From positions 33,727 to 97,726 of the forward strand of contig CAZRHT010000001.1 in NCBI GenBank assembly GCA_964599895.1: DNA of 64,000 nt, given 5' to 3'. This document shows positions 63,131 to 64,000 of this stretch, one piece after another. How positions within the stretch are numbered: position 1 is the stretch's first letter; each line of letters begins with the position of its first letter. This DNA is from an uncultured Holophagae bacterium (GTDB lineage: Bacteria; Acidobacteriota; Holophagae; Thermotomaculales; Thermotomaculaceae). A program made the translations under genes and the position numbers. The notes under the pieces were generated by a model. It had not been told where the DNA came from. It saw only the letters and a program-made list of their open reading frames with translations, and searched no databases.

Positions 63131-64000
63131 TTATTTGATGAGCCGATCGGCAATCTTTTTGGCGATTGAATTGAATTCAGTTGCGGCTTCAGATTCCGGT
63201 TCCCGGAGTGTTACCGGTATGCCGTCGTCCCCACCTTCACGGATTGCGATGGTGATAGGAACTTTCCCCAGTAGTTCAGTCGCCAGCTTATCTCCGGCAT
63301 CCATTTTCGTGTCGCCGCCAAAAATATGGTGGATATGCCCGCAGTCGGTACAGCGGAAGAAACTCATATTTTCCACAACGCCCAGGAGCGGTATTTGAAG
63401 TGTCTGGAACATACTGACTGCCTTTTTCACGTCAATCAGGGCTACATCCTGGGGAGTGCTGACCGCAATGGCGCCGGATACCCGGGTGCTCTGGGCTACA
63501 GAAAGTTGAACATCCCCGGTTCCGGGAGGCAGGTCAATCAGAAGGAAGTCCAGCTCACCCCAATCCACGTCTTTCATGAACTGCTGAATTGCCTTATGGA
63601 GCAGGGGTCCCCGCCATACAACCGGTGTGTCATCCTCAAGAAGAAAACCAATGGAAATAAGCTTCACGCCGTGTTTTTCCAACGGTATAATCTGGCCCTT
63701 TTCGTTGGCTTCCGGTTGTTCATCAATGGCAAACATTGTCGGAATGGACGGACCATAGAGATCGGCATCCATCAGGCCCACCTGGTATCCCGCTCTTGCC
63801 AGTGCAATGGCAAGATTCACTGTAACGGTTGATTTTCCGACACCGCCTTTACCGCTTCCAATAAGTATCGGGTGTTTCACGTTTGGAAGGAGGTTTTGCT
63901 GTTCCACCTTTCCATACGCCTTATCTCTTACGCTCAGGGTTACAGAAACGCTTTGAACCCCCTCCACTGTCAGTAGAGCCTTTCGTATTGAGGCTTCAAA
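63131..64000 (-). CDS. apbC: Mrp/NBP35 (ApbC) family iron-sulfur cluster carrier ATPase, N-terminus beyond window end
   Basis: Deviant Walker [12 protein letters not shown] and a CxxC pair (FRCTDCGH). The frame stays open from 63967 to nt 64000 (…[15 protein letters not shown]…), consistent with an N-terminal DUF59-like domain continuing outside the window. Confidence 0.9.
   Translation of the reverse strand, partial: FEASIRKALLTVEGVQSVSVTLSVRDKAYGKVEQQNLLPNVKHPILIGSGKGGVGKSTVTVNLAIALARAGYQVGLMDADLYGPSIPTMFAIDEQPEANEKGQIIPLEKHGVKLISIGFLLEDDTPVVWRGPLLHKAIQQFMKDVDWGELDFLLIDLPPGTGDVQLSVAQSTRVSGAIAVSTPQDVALIDVKKAVSMFQTLQIPLLGVVENMSFFRCTDCGHIHHIFGGDTKMDAGDKLATELLGKVPITIAIREGGDDGIPVTLREPESEAATEFNSIAKKIADRLIK

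Overview
About 64 kb of what reads as ordinary core-chromosome DNA from a diderm bacterium. The diderm call rests on OmpA, a beta-barrel OMP ending in Phe, RND/MFP efflux genes and TonB-type domains. I cannot place the organism taxonomically from sequence alone. Coding density is high: about 58 protein genes and 5 tRNAs, each with an encoded 3' CCA. Landmarks in order: (1) an HDAC-like deacetylase followed by two Ddl-like ATP-grasp ligases, the second fused to a GNAT. (2) Housekeeping genes: Zn alcohol dehydrogenase, DUF1304, M13 metallopeptidase, LysE exporter. (3) A division/cell-wall (dcw) cluster mraZ-rsmH-ftsL-ftsI-murE-murF-murD-ftsW-murC-ftsQ-ftsA-ftsZ that lacks mraY, murG, murB and ddl. 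(4) A Spy/CpxP-like gene, tRNA-Met, ruvB, and two orphan Dpp/Opp-type ABC ATPases. (5) An FHA-GGDEF protein and a leuCD-type dehydratase pair. (6) A 1016-aa receiver / Ser-Thr kinase / TM / TonB-C fusion protein. (7) A methyltransferase and an Smr protein. (8) An HK / NtrC-type regulator / large M23 peptidase operon. (9) An RND efflux pair. (10) A MarC / NCS2-like / MFS transporter operon. (11) An OmpA-family gene followed by two unknown secreted proteins, with a duplicated OmpA 3' end between them. (12) An S8 protease. (13) A six-gene operon TPR-glmU-DUF4388(PATAN-like)-TonB_C coiled-coil protein-HK-dual-receiver LuxR regulator. (14) A porin-like OMP divergent from dtxR::feoA-feoA-feoB. (15) tRNA-Pro/Arg/His, a convergent tRNA-Sec (selC), and a partial mrp/apbC. 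I saw no CRISPR array, transposase, integrase, prophage or recognisable defence genes, so I cannot claim a clear-cut novel system. The most unusual items are two signalling modules built around TonB C-terminal domains with no exbBD nearby, the deacetylase/ATP-grasp/GNAT operon, the recombined OmpA cassette locus, and selC. All family assignments come from reading motifs in the supplied translations. No HMM or BLAST search was run.
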